Positions 22,843 to 33,789 of a DNA stretch of 64,000 nucleotides are shown here, piece by piece. The notes beneath the pieces are model-generated. The model saw only the letters and a program-made list of their open reading frames with translations. It did no database searches and was not told where the DNA came from. The stretch spans positions 1,696,001 to 1,760,000 of the forward strand of contig OY970355.1 of NCBI GenBank assembly GCA_963718525.1, written 5' to 3'. Source of the stretch: Candidatus Dormiibacterota bacterium. GTDB taxonomy: Bacteria > Chloroflexota > Dormibacteria > Aeolococcales > Aeolococcaceae. Made by a program: the position numbers and the translations under genes. Position 1 is the first letter of the stretch; every line of letters starts with the position of its first letter.

Positions 22843-23903
22843 ATGCGATGCAGACAGGCAGAAGCGTGTTCCCCTTCACCGCGATCGTCGGGCAGGACCT
22901 GATGAAACAGGCTCTGATTCTCAACGCGATCAACCCCGCGATCGGCGGCGTGCTGATTCGCGGTGAGAAGGGCACCGCGAAGTCGACCGCGGTCCGCTCG
23001 CTGACGAAACTGCTGCCGGGGCTTGACGTCGTGGCCGACTGCCGCTACGGATGCCCGCCGGATGATGCCGATCTGCAATGCATGGAATGCACCGAGCGCG
23101 TGGTGGGTGGCGAGACGCTGCCGCGCGGGCGCCGCCGCATGCGCGTCGTGGAACTGCCGATCAATGCGTCCGAGGATCGCGTCGTTGGCGCGATCGACAT
23201 CGAGGCTGCCATCAAGCGCGGTGAGAAGGAATTCGAGCCCGGCGTGCTCGCCGAGGCGAACCGCAACATCCTCTACGTCGACGAGGTGAACCTGCTCGAC
23301 GACCACATCGTCGACGTGCTCCTTGACGCAGCCGCGATGGGTCAGAACACCGTCGAGCGCGAGGGAGTGTCGGTGTCGCACCCGTCGCGGTTCATCCTCG
23401 TGGGCACCATGAACCCCGAGGAGGGCGAGCTTCGTCCCCAGCTGCTCGACCGTTTTGGCCTGTGCGTCGATGTCGAGGGCATTCGCGATGTGCGCCAGCG
23501 CGTCGAGATCGTCGAGCGGCGCGAGGCGTTTGAGGAGGATCCCGCCGCGTTCGCGGCGCGATTCGAGCCCGCCGAACACGCGGAAGCCGAGCGCATCGCC
23601 CGGGCAATGTCGATGCTCTCCGACGTTGTGGTGGATCGCAACATTCTCGTGGCCATCGCCGCGCTCAGCATCGAGCTCGAGGTTGACGGCCACCGCGCCG
23701 ACATCGTCATGCGCAAGGCGGCGCAAGCTCTCGCCGCGCACGAGGATCGTTCGGCGGTCGCCATCGACGACGTGGAGCATGTTGCACCGATGGTGCTGGC
23801 GCATCGCGTCAAGCCCGGCCTCTCGGGAAGCCGCCGCGGATTGACGGATCTCGCGGAGATCCTGCGCACCGCGCACGACGGCGACGGCGCGCTGCAAAAC
23901 TAG
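22839..23903 (+). CDS. Magnesium/cobalt chelatase subunit I-like AAA+ ATPase
   Basis: [46 protein letters not shown]; ATGA overlap. Confidence 0.9.
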   Translation: MNAMQTGRSVFPFTAIVGQDLMKQALILNAINPAIGGVLIRGEKGTAKSTAVRSLTKLLPGLDVVADCRYGCPPDDADLQCMECTERVVGGETLPRGRRRMRVVELPINASEDRVVGAIDIEAAIKRGEKEFEPGVLAEANRNILYVDEVNLLDDHIVDVLLDAAAMGQNTVEREGVSVSHPSRFILVGTMNPEEGELRPQLLDRFGLCVDVEGIRDVRQRVEIVERREAFEEDPAAFAARFEPAEHAEAERIARAMSMLSDVVVDRNILVAIAALSIELEVDGHRADIVMRKAAQALAAHEDRSAVAIDDVEHVAPMVLAHRVKPGLSGSRRGLTDLAEILRTAHDGDGALQN

Positions 23904-23921
23904 TACTCCCCTCCGTGATGC

Positions 23922-25724
23922 ATGCGTCTTGACCGGATCCGCAACTTCAGCATCATCGCGCACATCGATCACGGCAAGTCAACTCTTGCGGATCGGCTGC
24001 TCGAGGCGACCGGGACCGTTGCCCTGCGCGATATGCAGGATCAGGTGCTCGACCAGCTCGACCTCGAACGCGAGCGCGGCATCACCATCAAGGCACAGGC
24101 GGTGCGACTCGCATACACGGCGTCGGACGGGATCACATACGAGCTGAATCTCATCGACACGCCCGGGCACGTCGATTTTGCGTACGAGGTGTCGCGGTCA
24201 CTCGCCGCCTGCGAAGGTGCGTTGCTGGTGGTCGACGCGACCCAGGGTGTCGAGGCCCAGACGCTCGCCAACGTGTACCAGGCGCTCGAGAATCACCTGG
24301 AGATCATCCCCGTCATCAACAAGATCGACCTCGCCAACGCGGACCCGGAGCTGGTCCGTCGCGAGATCGAGGAGGTCATCGGCATCCCCGCCGACGGCGC
24401 CATCCTCACCAGCGCACGCCAGGGGATCGGCATCGACCTGGTGCTCGAGGCGATCGTCAAGCAGGTGCCACCGCCCACAGGCGATCCCGACGGACCATTG
24501 CGTGCACTCATCTTCGACGCCAAATACGATGCGTACCGCGGCGTCGTCGTCTACGTTCGCATCGTCGACGGTCACATCGCCGGGGGCATGCGCATCCGGA
24601 TGATGAACAACCGGAGCGAGTTCGTCGTCGACGAAGTTGGAGTCTTCGCACCGGCGATGTCGCCGGTCGGTGAGCTTGCGTGCGGTGAGGTCGGCTATTT
24701 CATCGCGTCCATCAAGAACGTTCGCGACAGCAAGGTGGGCGACACCGTGACCGACGCCGCCCATCCGACCACCCATCCGCTGCCGGGATACCGGGCGGTC
24801 ACTCCGATGGTCTATGCGGGCATCTTCCCGGTCGATTCCGACGACGTCACCGACCTCAAGGAGGCGCTGCAGCGGCTCAACCTCAACGACGCCTCATTGA
24901 TCTTCGAGCCTGAGTCGTCAGCGGCGCTCGGATTCGGGTTTCGCTGCGGCTTCCTGGGCCTGCTGCACATGGAGATCGTGCAGGAGCGCCTGGAGCGGGA
25001 GTTCAACCTTTCGCTGATCACCACCGCGCCGACTGTCGAGTACCGAGTCCGACTTCGATCCGGCGAGGTGATCGCGATCGACAACCCGGAGATGCTGCCC
25101 GACGCGTCGAACATCGAGGCGATCGAGGAACCACGGACGAAGGCGACGATCATCGTGCCGAGCACGTACGTGGGCGCGATCATGGAGCTGTGCCAGGAGC
25201 GCCGCGGGGAGTTCCAGCACATGGACTACCAGCCGGGTGATCGAGTCGCGCTCACCTACGATCTACCGCTCGGCGAGATCATCCACGACTTCTACGACCA
25301 GCTCAAGTCGCGCAGCCGCGGGTACGCGTCGCTCGACTATGAGATCACCGGCTTCCGCGCCGAGTCACTGGTCAAGCTCGACATCCTCGTCGGCGGGCAG
25401 CGCGTCGACGCGCTGAGCATGATCGTCCACCGCGACCGGGCGAACGCGCACGGCCGCAAGCTGGCCGAGCGGCTTCGCAAGCTGATCCCCCGTCAGCTCT
25501 TCGAAGTCCCCATACAGGCAGCCATCGGTGGCAAGATCGTCGCCCGTGAGACCGTTTCAGCGATGCGCAAGGATGTGCTTGCAAAGTGCTACGGCGGGGA
25601 CATCACGCGGAAGCGCAAGCTGCTCGAGAAGCAGCGCGAGGGCAAGCGCCGCATGAAACGGGTGGGCAACGTGGAAATTCCCCAGGAGGCATTCATGGCT
25701 GTGCTGAAGATGGACGAGCAGTAG
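23922..25724 (+). CDS. lepA: Elongation factor 4
   Basis: [56 protein letters not shown]. Confidence 0.98.
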   Translation: MRLDRIRNFSIIAHIDHGKSTLADRLLEATGTVALRDMQDQVLDQLDLERERGITIKAQAVRLAYTASDGITYELNLIDTPGHVDFAYEVSRSLAACEGALLVVDATQGVEAQTLANVYQALENHLEIIPVINKIDLANADPELVRREIEEVIGIPADGAILTSARQGIGIDLVLEAIVKQVPPPTGDPDGPLRALIFDAKYDAYRGVVVYVRIVDGHIAGGMRIRMMNNRSEFVVDEVGVFAPAMSPVGELACGEVGYFIASIKNVRDSKVGDTVTDAAHPTTHPLPGYRAVTPMVYAGIFPVDSDDVTDLKEALQRLNLNDASLIFEPESSAALGFGFRCGFLGLLHMEIVQERLEREFNLSLITTAPTVEYRVRLRSGEVIAIDNPEMLPDASNIEAIEEPRTKATIIVPSTYVGAIMELCQERRGEFQHMDYQPGDRVALTYDLPLGEIIHDFYDQLKSRSRGYASLDYEITGFRAESLVKLDILVGGQRVDALSMIVHRDRANAHGRKLAERLRKLIPRQLFEVPIQAAIGGKIVARETVSAMRKDVLAKCYGGDITRKRKLLEKQREGKRRMKRVGNVEIPQEAFMAVLKMDEQ

Positions 25725-25735
25725 GTGGACGTCTG

Positions 25736-26521
25736 ATGCCACGGCCGAACCCACCCCGGAAACGTCCGCGCCGGCGCCCCGATTCCGTCGAACGGTCGGC
25801 GCGCGCGGAGGTCTCGCTCACCAAGCAGACCGCCCAGGTCAAGGAGAAGAACGGCTCCGACGGCAAGCAGTCGAACGCGAAATCGCAACCCGCTGCCAAG
25901 GGCCGTCCGGCGGCCAAAGGCGGCGCCGCGGCGCGCGCGCGGCGCATCGACGAACCGTTCGTTCCCTGGGCCAAACGCTCCTATCTCGTTCTGATCGCGC
26001 TGCTCTTCGTCGCCGAGATGGTGGTCGGTTCGGCAGCATATTTCACGCTCGCGACTCCGAGGCCGTCGTTCGGTCTCTATGTGCTCGGGGTCACCTACAA
26101 CCCGCTGGTACCGGTCGCCGCAGCACTCGTCGCCGCGCCGCTCGCGAAGTTCATCACCAAGGAGCCGCGCTCGCTTCGCTTCATGGAGTCGGTGATGGCG
26201 GGGATCATGCAGTACTTCGTCTGGCTGGCCCTGTTCGTCGCGCTCACCTTCGTGATCGGCGGCTTCGCATCGACCAAGACCACAGCGGCGACGGTCTCCA
26301 CGCCGGCCGCGGTGACCGGGCTGATCGTGATCGGGATCCTCAGCTACGTGGGCACGTTCTACCTGTATCCGGCGCTCTACAAGTTCATGCGCCGGCGGCC
26401 ACCGCCGCGACCCGCCAAGACGGCGAAGCCGGAGCCGGCCAAGCCGACCTCGAAATCCATCGTCGACCGGATGGACGAGGCGTCGGCGCGCGACTCGCAG
26501 GCAAAGGACTCGACATCCTGA
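25736..26521 (+). CDS. Hypothetical membrane protein (about 4 TM, basic disordered termini)
   Basis: ATG 25736 just after lepA; hydrophobic segments; host-like codon usage. Confidence 0.7.
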   Translation: MPRPNPPRKRPRRRPDSVERSARAEVSLTKQTAQVKEKNGSDGKQSNAKSQPAAKGRPAAKGGAAARARRIDEPFVPWAKRSYLVLIALLFVAEMVVGSAAYFTLATPRPSFGLYVLGVTYNPLVPVAAALVAAPLAKFITKEPRSLRFMESVMAGIMQYFVWLALFVALTFVIGGFASTKTTAATVSTPAAVTGLIVIGILSYVGTFYLYPALYKFMRRRPPPRPAKTAKPEPAKPTSKSIVDRMDEASARDSQAKDSTS

Positions 26522-26538
26522 CCACGACGTTCGACGAC

Positions 26539-27692
26539 GTGCGCTCGTTATACCTGCACATCCCGTTCTGCGAGCGGAAGTGCGAGTACTGCGACTTCAC
26601 GAGCGTCGCCGGCGCCACCGGGTCGGTCGCGTACATGGATGCCCTGCGCACCGAGGTGCGCCGTCTCGGCGAGCGCCTCGGCAGGCTGACCCTCGACACC
26701 GTGTTCATCGGGGGCGGAACGCCATCCCTGGTCGAACCGGAACTGATCGCAGACCTGGTGGCAACCGTTCGCAGCACGTTCTCGGTCGCCGGCGGCGCCG
26801 AGGTGACCATGGAAGCCAACCCATCGAGCATCACCAGCGCCCGCGCACGCGTGTGGAAGGTTGCCGGGGTCAACCGGGTCAGCATCGGCGTGCAGAGTTC
26901 GAGGCCGACGCGCTGCGGTTCCTTGGACGAGTTCATGACGCCGGCCGCGCCATCGAGGCGATCGCCGAGGTGCGCGGGGCGGGCTTCACCTCGATCAACT
27001 GCGACCTGATCTACGCCGTCCCGGGCGTCGGGGACGTCCGCTGGCAGCGCACCCTCGAGCGTGTGGTTGCGGCGGGGCCGACCCATGTCTCGTGCTACGA
27101 ACTGACCGTGGAGCCCGGGACGCCGCTGCACACCCGCGTGCGACGCGGGCTCGTCAGACCCGTCGAGAGCGCCCGTTCGATGCGCCAGCACCGTATCGCC
27201 GTCGACCTGCTCGAACATGCCGGCTACGACCAGTACGAGGTCAGCAACTTCGCCCTCCCGGGCGAGGAGTGCCGCCACAACCTCGTCTACTGGCACAACG
27301 GGTACTACGCGGCCGCGGGTGTCGGGGCCCATGGCCACCTTCCGGCGGCCGCGGCTGCCGCGATCGGCCTCGACGTCGATCCGGGTGCGGTCTCGGTCCG
27401 CCACTGGCACGGGCGCGGTATCGCCGCCTACGGGCGCGCGATCCGGGCTGGAGAACTCTCCCTGGCCGGCTCGGAGACTGTCGGTCCCGAGATGCGCGAG
27501 GAGGAGCGGGTGATGCTCGGACTCCGCCTTCGCGAGGGGGTGAGCGTCGGCCCCTCGAGCCTAGACGAGGCCCGTTCCCTCGAGGGCCTCGGACTCGTGG
27601 CCATTGAGGGCGATCGCGTCCGAGCCACCGCCCGCGGCGAGGCGGTGCTCAACCAGGTCACGCTCCGCCTGGTGGGCGATCGCGCTGCCTAG
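26539..27692 (+). pseudogene. hemW: Radical SAM heme chaperone HemW, split by a 1-nt deletion near 26897 (possible sequencing error)
   Basis: SLYLHIPFCERKCEYCDF, FIGGGTPS, RVSIGVQS in one frame; FEADALRFLGR, DLIYAVP, YEVSNFA, CRHNLVYW in the next; lepA-hemW-hrcA synteny. Confidence 0.88.
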
Positions 27693-27701
27693 CTGGTACG
27701 C

Positions 27702-27728
27702 TTAGCACTCAACACTGACGAGTGCTAA
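27702..27728. promoter_or_regulatory. CIRCE operator (HrcA site)
   Basis: Perfect TTAGCACTC-N9-GAGTGCTAA directly upstream of hrcA. Confidence 0.97.
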
Positions 27729-27772
27729 ACCGCTGGCGACCAGCCGCTACGCACCGTCCCCTCTGGCCAGAC

Positions 27773-28810
27773 GTGCAACATCCAGTTCCTCTCGATCAGC
27801 GCAAGCAGCAGATCCTCAAGGCCGTGGTTGCGGACTACACCCGCACCGGCGTGCCTGTCGGGTCGGCGTCCCTCGCCGTCCATCTCGCCACCTGGTCGTC
27901 GGCCACGATCCGCAACGAGCTGGCGACGCTCAGCGAGGTGGGCTATCTCATCCAGCCGCACACGTCGGCGGGACGCGTGCCGTCGGATCTGGGCTATCGC
28001 TACTACGTCGATTTCCTGATGGACGAGGAGGGCGTTCCGGCTGCGGTCCGCCGCCAGGTTGACCCGTACTTCGCGGTGATGCCCACCGGGGTCGAGGACA
28101 TCCTCGAGATCGCCGCGACCGCCCTCGCCCACGCCGCCGACGCCGTGAGCCTGGTCACCGCGCCGCGGGCGCTGGGCGTGCGCGTCAAGCACCTCGATCT
28201 CGTGAAGCTCAACGACACCCAGGCACTGCTCGTGCTCGTGCTCGAGGGCAACCTGGTTCGCCAGCAGGCGCTCAACCTGACCGCGCCCACCGACCAGACG
28301 GTGCTCAGCGCGATCGCCGCCGGGCTCAACGCCCTGGTCGTGGGGCTGAATGCTGCCGGGATGTCGAGACTGCCCGAGTCAGCCGGCGAGCATGCCGCGC
28401 TCGAGCGTGATCTGCTCATCCAGATCGTCGCGTTCATGACCGTCTGCGACGCTCAGCAGGACACCCTCATCATCCACGACGGCGTTCGCAACCTGCTCCG
28501 TCAACCCGAGTTCGGCGACGTCGAGCTGTTGCAGCAGGTCATCGAGGTGGTGGAGGAGGAGCGCATGCTCGCGGCGCTGCTCAGCGCGGCCGATCTCGAC
28601 CACGGCATCCAGATCATGATCGGCAGAGAGAGCGGTATGGCCGAGCTCTCGCGGTGCAGCCTGGTGCTCACCACGTACCGCGCCGGGGCGGAGCGCCGCG
28701 GCACGATCGGCGTGCTGGGCTCCACACGGATGGCGTACGCGCAGGTCGGGCCTCGGGTGCGATACGTGGCCCAGCGGATGGGACGAGCCGTCGGGCGTGC
28801 TTTGAGCTGA
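27773..28810 (+). CDS. hrcA: Heat-inducible transcription repressor
   Basis: RKQQILKAVV.DY...PVGS, SSATIRNELA, QPHTSAGRVPSDLGYRYYVD, GVLGSTRMAY; start approximate (GTG 27773). Confidence 0.95.
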   Translation: MQHPVPLDQRKQQILKAVVADYTRTGVPVGSASLAVHLATWSSATIRNELATLSEVGYLIQPHTSAGRVPSDLGYRYYVDFLMDEEGVPAAVRRQVDPYFAVMPTGVEDILEIAATALAHAADAVSLVTAPRALGVRVKHLDLVKLNDTQALLVLVLEGNLVRQQALNLTAPTDQTVLSAIAAGLNALVVGLNAAGMSRLPESAGEHAALERDLLIQIVAFMTVCDAQQDTLIIHDGVRNLLRQPEFGDVELLQQVIEVVEEERMLAALLSAADLDHGIQIMIGRESGMAELSRCSLVLTTYRAGAERRGTIGVLGSTRMAYAQVGPRVRYVAQRMGRAVGRALS

Positions 28811-28829
28811 CCTTGGGCATAGTGAGCGG

Positions 28830-29351
28830 ATGACGACGGAAGAAGAGAACCCCAACGACGCGGGCGTCCCGGAGGAGCCCGAGCCGGAGGAGGCCGCCGT
28901 AAAGGAGCCGGACGAGCGTGACGCTCGCTACCTCCGCCTGGCCGCCGACTTCGAGAACTTCAAGCGCCGCAAGGGCCAGGAGCTCGCCGACGCGCGGCGC
29001 TATGAGAGCGAGGACGCCGCTGTCGCGTTGCTCCCGGTGCTCGACAACCTCCGCAGGGCCGTCGACCACGCGAGCGAGGCGGGTGCCGAGGAGTTCTTCG
29101 TGAGCGGCCTGCAGCTCGTGGTCCGCGAGTTCGAGACCGCCCTCGAGCGCCTCGGGGTCGTGCCCGTGCCCGCGGCCGGCGAGCGCTTCGACCCGACGAT
29201 CCACGATGCGATCGCGGCGGACGAGTTCGACGAGGTCGAGGAGGACACCGTCGCCGCCGAGCTCGTCCCCGGATATCGCCTGCACGACCGCCTGCTCCGG
29301 CCCGCGATCGTCCGCGTCGTCCGTCCCCGGACCCCCGCCGCCAACAGCTGA
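28830..29351 (+). CDS. grpE: Nucleotide exchange factor GrpE
   Basis: RLAADFENFKRR, LLPVLDNL.RA, FDPTIHDA, GYRLHDRLLRPA.V.V. Confidence 0.95.
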   Translation: MTTEEENPNDAGVPEEPEPEEAAVKEPDERDARYLRLAADFENFKRRKGQELADARRYESEDAAVALLPVLDNLRRAVDHASEAGAEEFFVSGLQLVVREFETALERLGVVPVPAAGERFDPTIHDAIAADEFDEVEEDTVAAELVPGYRLHDRLLRPAIVRVVRPRTPAANS

Positions 29352-29354
29352 TCG

Positions 29355-30470
29355 ATGGCGACGATCAAGCGCGATTACTACGAGGTGCTCGGCGTTGCTC
29401 GCATGGCGACAGCGGAGGAGCTGAAGGCCGCGTATCGCAAGCTCGCGATGCAATACCACCCGGACCGCAACAACGGCGACAAGGGAGCGGAGGAGCAGTT
29501 CAAGGAGGTCGGTGAGGCGTACTCGGTGCTGAGCGACCCGCAGAAGCGGCAGCGCTACGACGCCTTTGGCCACGTTGGCGACGGCCCGCAGCCGGACTTC
29601 GGCAACTTCTCGTTCAACTCGGCCTTCGACCTCTTCGACATGTTCTTCGGCGGTGGCGGACGTCGCCGTGCGCACACCGGCCCACAGCGCGGTGACGACC
29701 TGCGCATGAACGTCGAGATCACGTTCGAGGAGGCGGTGTTCGGCGCCAAACGCACGGTCGAGGTGCCGCGGGCGACGCAGTGCACCGAGTGCAGCGGCTC
29801 GGGGGCCAAGCCGGGCACCAGCGCCACGCAGTGCGCGACGTGTTCCGGCAGCGGGCAGGTGCGCCGGACCATGCAGTCGATCTTCGGCCAGGTTGCCAGC
29901 GTCACACCGTGTCCGACGTGTCACGGTGAGGGACAGGTGATCGCCGACCCGTGTCCGGCGTGCCGCGGGCAGGGCCGCATCCAGGGCAGGCACACGGTCG
30001 AGGTCACCATCCCGGCGGGTGTGGACGACGATGTCACGCTGCGTCTCGTCGGTGAAGGGGAGCCGGGGCCGCGCGGCGGGCCGTCCGGGGATCTGTACCT
30101 GGGCTTCCGCGTCAAATCTCATCCCACCCTGGTCCGACGTGGCCAGGACCTGCTCTACGAGCTCCCCGTGTCGGTGCCGCAGGCGGTGCTCGGGGACACC
30201 ATCACCATCGCGACCGTCGACGGCGAACACCCGGTCGAGGTGCCTCCGGGCACGCAGCCGGGACGCCAGATCAAGGTCCACGGGATGGGGGTGCCGCACG
30301 TCCGTACCGGGCGACGCGGTGATCTCATCTGCGTCGTGCGCGTGGTCGTACCGAGCCATCTGTCGCACGAGGAGCGCACGCTGTACGAGCAGCTCGAAGG
30401 CCGCGGCGGCAAGCCGGCCGAGGTGAAGAAGGGCTTCTTCGACTCGCTGCGCGAGGCGTTCCGAGGCTGA
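29355..30470 (+). CDS. dnaJ: Chaperone DnaJ
   Basis: [14 protein letters not shown] region, four CxxCxGxG repeats. Confidence 0.97.
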   Translation: MATIKRDYYEVLGVARMATAEELKAAYRKLAMQYHPDRNNGDKGAEEQFKEVGEAYSVLSDPQKRQRYDAFGHVGDGPQPDFGNFSFNSAFDLFDMFFGGGGRRRAHTGPQRGDDLRMNVEITFEEAVFGAKRTVEVPRATQCTECSGSGAKPGTSATQCATCSGSGQVRRTMQSIFGQVASVTPCPTCHGEGQVIADPCPACRGQGRIQGRHTVEVTIPAGVDDDVTLRLVGEGEPGPRGGPSGDLYLGFRVKSHPTLVRRGQDLLYELPVSVPQAVLGDTITIATVDGEHPVEVPPGTQPGRQIKVHGMGVPHVRTGRRGDLICVVRVVVPSHLSHEERTLYEQLEGRGGKPAEVKKGFFDSLREAFRG

Positions 30471-30488
30471 GCCTGCGGCCGGGTCGCC

Positions 30489-30833
30489 CTACCCGGGCGG
30501 CCAGGTCATGTGGCGTCCGCCGAGCAGGTGAACGTGCAGATGATCGACGGTCTGGCCGCCTTCCTTCCCGGTATTGACGATGAGCCGAAAGCCGGTTTCG
30601 TCGATACCCTCGTCCTGGGCGACGGATTGGGCGACGTGGAGCATGCGGCCCCAGAGCCCGTCCTGCGTGGGGGTCAATTCGGCCACCGACTCGATGTGCT
30701 CTCTGGGCAGCACGAGAATGTGCACCGGCGCCTGCGGATTGACGTCGCGGATGGCCAGCACCTGATCGTCCTCGCGGACGAACGTCGCCGGAATCTCGTG
30801 TGCAGCAATGGCGCAGAAGATGCAATCGTTCAT
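30489..30833 (-). CDS. HIT-family (Hint) nucleotide-binding protein
   Basis: MNDCIFC, DVNPQAPVH, QTVDHLHVHLLGGR.MTWPPG. Confidence 0.93.
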   Translation of the reverse strand: MNDCIFCAIAAHEIPATFVREDDQVLAIRDVNPQAPVHILVLPREHIESVAELTPTQDGLWGRMLHVAQSVAQDEGIDETGFRLIVNTGKEGGQTVDHLHVHLLGGRHMTWPPG

Positions 30834-32092
30834 GAGCGCAGCAGGGTACAGCGCAGACGGTCGCCCTCGACGGCGGTCGCGTGGACGAGGCTGAGACTTC
30901 CCTGGCGGATCCCCGGCTCTGCTTCCACGATGACCTCGTGATATCCGGCGGTCAGACCGTGCGCCACCTCGCCGTCCACCGAGTCCCACGCGACCTCGTG
31001 CACGCGCCCGCATGCGGCGGCGAGTGACCGCGCACCGGAGCGTTTGGTGGCGCGGCGCACCTCTGCGCTGCGACGCCGGGCCGAGGCATCGTCCACGCGG
31101 TCGTCGATCGCGGTCGCCGGTGTTCCGGGTCGAGGCGACCACCGAAAGACGTGACCCTGGAGAAAGCCGACCTCGTCGACCAGCGACAGGGTGTCGCTGT
31201 GGTCGTCCTCGGACTCGCCTGGGAACCCCACCATGATGTCGGTGGTGAACTCGGTTGCGGGATTCACGGTACGCAGCGCGCTTGACACCCGAAGGTACTG
31301 CGCACGTCGATAGCCGCGGTGCATCGCCCGCAGGATGCGGTCGCTGCCGCTCTGCAGGGGCATGTGCCAGTGGCAGCAGAGCCGCGGGTGCGCGTTGAGC
31401 GCCACCAGCGCCGGGGTGACGTCGTTCGCGTTGATGCTGCTGAGCCGGATGCGCGCGCGATCCCCACATGCGTCGAGCAGCGGCGCGACCAGAGTCGCGA
31501 GATCGGTCCCGATGTCGCGACCATACGAGCCCAGGTCGACGCCGCACAGCACGATCTCTCCATGGCCGGCGTCGATGGCCGCGCGGACTCGCTCGTGCAC
31601 TCTGACCGAGGGCACGCTCGACGAGATGCCACGCGCCTGCCACACGATGCAATACGTGCAGCGATGATTGCAGCCGTCCTGCACCTTGACGAATGCGCGC
31701 GAGCGCATGCGCGGGGCGTCGTGAGGTCCGCCGGCGCCGCGCGACATCGCGAGCACGTGCTCAGCGATGCTGTCCTTGTCGCGATTGGCGAAGACTGAGT
31801 CGACGGTCGTGTACGCGCCGGGGTTCGCGTCGACGCTGCATCCCGTGAGCACGAGGTGCGCGCCGGGGTCGAGACGCCTCAGCCGGCGAATGCGCTGACG
31901 CGTGGTCGCGTCGGCCTGGCCGGTGACGGTGCACGAATTGAGTACTCGGATGTCGGCGAACTCGTGCTCGGGAACTACATCGCACCCGCCCGCCGCAAGC
32001 CTGCCCGCGAGATCCGCCATCTCGGCAAAGTTGACCTTGCAGCCCAGCACCGTGAGCGCAACGCGAAGCGGGCGTTCTGTCTGCGTGCTCAT
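30830..32092 (-). CDS. mtaB: tRNA methylthiotransferase, MtaB-like
   Basis: LGCKVN, NSCTVT, LTGC, RAFVKVQDGCNHRCTYC, PLQSGSD, DIMVGFPGE, PRPGTPA; rsmE-mtaB-hit synteny. Confidence 0.88.
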   Translation of the reverse strand: MSTQTERPLRVALTVLGCKVNFAEMADLAGRLAAGGCDVVPEHEFADIRVLNSCTVTGQADATTRQRIRRLRRLDPGAHLVLTGCSVDANPGAYTTVDSVFANRDKDSIAEHVLAMSRGAGGPHDAPRMRSRAFVKVQDGCNHRCTYCIVWQARGISSSVPSVRVHERVRAAIDAGHGEIVLCGVDLGSYGRDIGTDLATLVAPLLDACGDRARIRLSSINANDVTPALVALNAHPRLCCHWHMPLQSGSDRILRAMHRGYRRAQYLRVSSALRTVNPATEFTTDIMVGFPGESEDDHSDTLSLVDEVGFLQGHVFRWSPRPGTPATAIDDRVDDASARRRSAEVRRATKRSGARSLAAACGRVHEVAWDSVDGEVAHGLTAGYHEVIVEAEPGIRQGSLSLVHATAVEGDRLRCTLLRS

Positions 32093-32868
32093 CGTGGTGC
32101 ACGCTCCGGCGCGGGTGCTGCCGCGGCGTCGAGGTCACCCGAACCGGCGAGGAGCAGCGACGTCGCCACAGCACCGGCCAGCCGGCTCGGCAGCGTTCGC
32201 GATCCGAGGTGGACGTTGACTGCTCCGGACTCCCCGAGGACGCGGAGGTCGGAGATGTCGAAACCGCCCTCGGGGCCGATGACCAGCCCCACGTTTACCG
32301 GGGGGATCGGCACCGCGCTCAGGATCGGCGAGGCGTCCTGGCTGATCACACAGGCGAGGACCTTCGTGCCTGCAGGCAGCGCGTTGAGCGCGTCGCGCAA
32401 CGGCAGAATCGAGTGCACCTCGGGGGGTGCCGCCCGGCCCGCGAGCTGCGCTGACTCACGGGCGATCAGCCGCCAGCGTTCGAGTCGGTGGATGACCCGC
32501 GATGGATCGGGACGGGCCACGGTCCGATGCGTCAACACGGGACGGATCGTGGCCGCCCCCGCCTCGGTGAGCGCCTCGACGGTTGCGTCCATCGCCTGCG
32601 CGGGGACCGCCTGAAGCACATGCACGGCAAGCAGCGGTTCGCCTTCGACCGGCCTCGTCCAGACGATCGTCCCGCTGACGCGCGACGGCGTCACCTCGTC
32701 CAGCTGCAGCCCATGTTCCAGCCTGCCGTCCTCGACCACGACGATGGTTTCGCCCACCGTCGCTCGCAACGCGCGCGCGAGGTGGGTCGCGTCGTGTCCG
32801 GTGAGGGTGGCGCGGCCATCACCAACCTGGTCGGGTTCGAGGAAAAAGCGCGGCACGGCAGCGTGCAT
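32089..32868 (-). CDS. rsmE: 16S rRNA m3U1498 methyltransferase
   Basis: PRFF, HLARALR, LTEAGA, ESAQLAGR, VIGPEGGF, LGSRTL. Confidence 0.85.
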   Translation of the reverse strand: MHAAVPRFFLEPDQVGDGRATLTGHDATHLARALRATVGETIVVVEDGRLEHGLQLDEVTPSRVSGTIVWTRPVEGEPLLAVHVLQAVPAQAMDATVEALTEAGAATIRPVLTHRTVARPDPSRVIHRLERWRLIARESAQLAGRAAPPEVHSILPLRDALNALPAGTKVLACVISQDASPILSAVPIPPVNVGLVIGPEGGFDISDLRVLGESGAVNVHLGSRTLPSRLAGAVATSLLLAGSGDLDAAAAPAPERAPR

Positions 32869-32901
32869 GGTGCGGCACCCGCATCCCGCTATGGTGGTCG
32901 C

Positions 32902-33789
32902 GTGGCAGAGGTGCATCTCACCGCGCGGACAGCCGAAGGCGTCGCCCTTTCCGTGGTCGTCACCGGCGAGGGCGATCCGCTGCTGCTGATCCCGGGCCTC
33001 GGCGCGGGTCGCTCGGCGTTCACCGTCATCGTTCCCGACCTCGCCAGAGCCCACAAGGTCATCACCTTCGACCCCCGCGGCATCGGCGAGTCCGAGGGGC
33101 CGGCCAACACGACCATGACCGCGATGGCGCAGGACGCCGTGGCCGTGCTCGACGCCGCAGACGTCACCAGCGCTGCGGTGTTCGGTGCGTCAATGGGCGG
33201 TCTGGTCGCCCAGCACGTGGTCGTCGATCACCCCGCGCGGGTCGCCGACCTCGTCCTCGCCGCCACGTCACCCGGAGGAGATCACGGCGTCGAACCCCGC
33301 CCCGAGGACCACGACGCACTCCTCGGCAAGGGTGCGAGAACTCCGGAGGACGCCTACCGGATCGCCTGCACCGTCCTGTACTCGCAGCAATTTCAGCGCG
33401 CCCACCCGGAGTTCATTGAGGCGCAGGTCCGCGAGCGGGCGCTCCATCCCGTGCGACCACGCGTGTTCACTGCCCAGTTCAATGCCATGTGGCAACCTGA
33501 CAACTCGTTCGAGCGCCTGGCGGACGTCGCGGTTCCCACGCTCGTGCTGCACGGCACCGAGGACGTCGTCATCCCATTCGAAAACGCGCGGATCCTGGCG
33601 GGGCAGATCCCGGGCGCGACGTTGCGGCCCTTCGACGGGTGCGGCCACCTGTTCTTCCACGAGCGCCCGGCCGAAACCGCCAGGGTCGTGACCGAGCACC
33701 TCCGCCGGTCGGGTTCGAGCTCCGCTCAGTCCTCGTCGGAGCTGGGCTCGTCCTCGCCGTCGGGCAACTCCTCAGCAGCGGCATCCTGA
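32902..33789 (+). CDS. Alpha/beta hydrolase
   Basis: LLLIPGLG, FDPRGIGES, GASMGG nucleophile elbow, LHGTED, GCGHLF; 3' end overlaps the convergent gene by 64 bp. Confidence 0.88.
   Translation: MAEVHLTARTAEGVALSVVVTGEGDPLLLIPGLGAGRSAFTVIVPDLARAHKVITFDPRGIGESEGPANTTMTAMAQDAVAVLDAADVTSAAVFGASMGGLVAQHVVVDHPARVADLVLAATSPGGDHGVEPRPEDHDALLGKGARTPEDAYRIACTVLYSQQFQRAHPEFIEAQVRERALHPVRPRVFTAQFNAMWQPDNSFERLADVAVPTLVLHGTEDVVIPFENARILAGQIPGATLRPFDGCGHLFFHERPAETARVVTEHLRRSGSSSAQSSSELGSSSPSGNSSAAAS

Noticed and set aside
20665-23903. Evidence of phototrophy or a programmed chlD frameshift
   Set aside because: No bch/chl pathway genes are present, the D-like ORF is uninterrupted, and a separate I gene exists.
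33726-33789. 64-bp convergent overlap of the hydrolase and the RNase Y-like gene
   Set aside because: Both overlapping tails are low-complexity; this is common stop-codon drift in GC-rich genomes.
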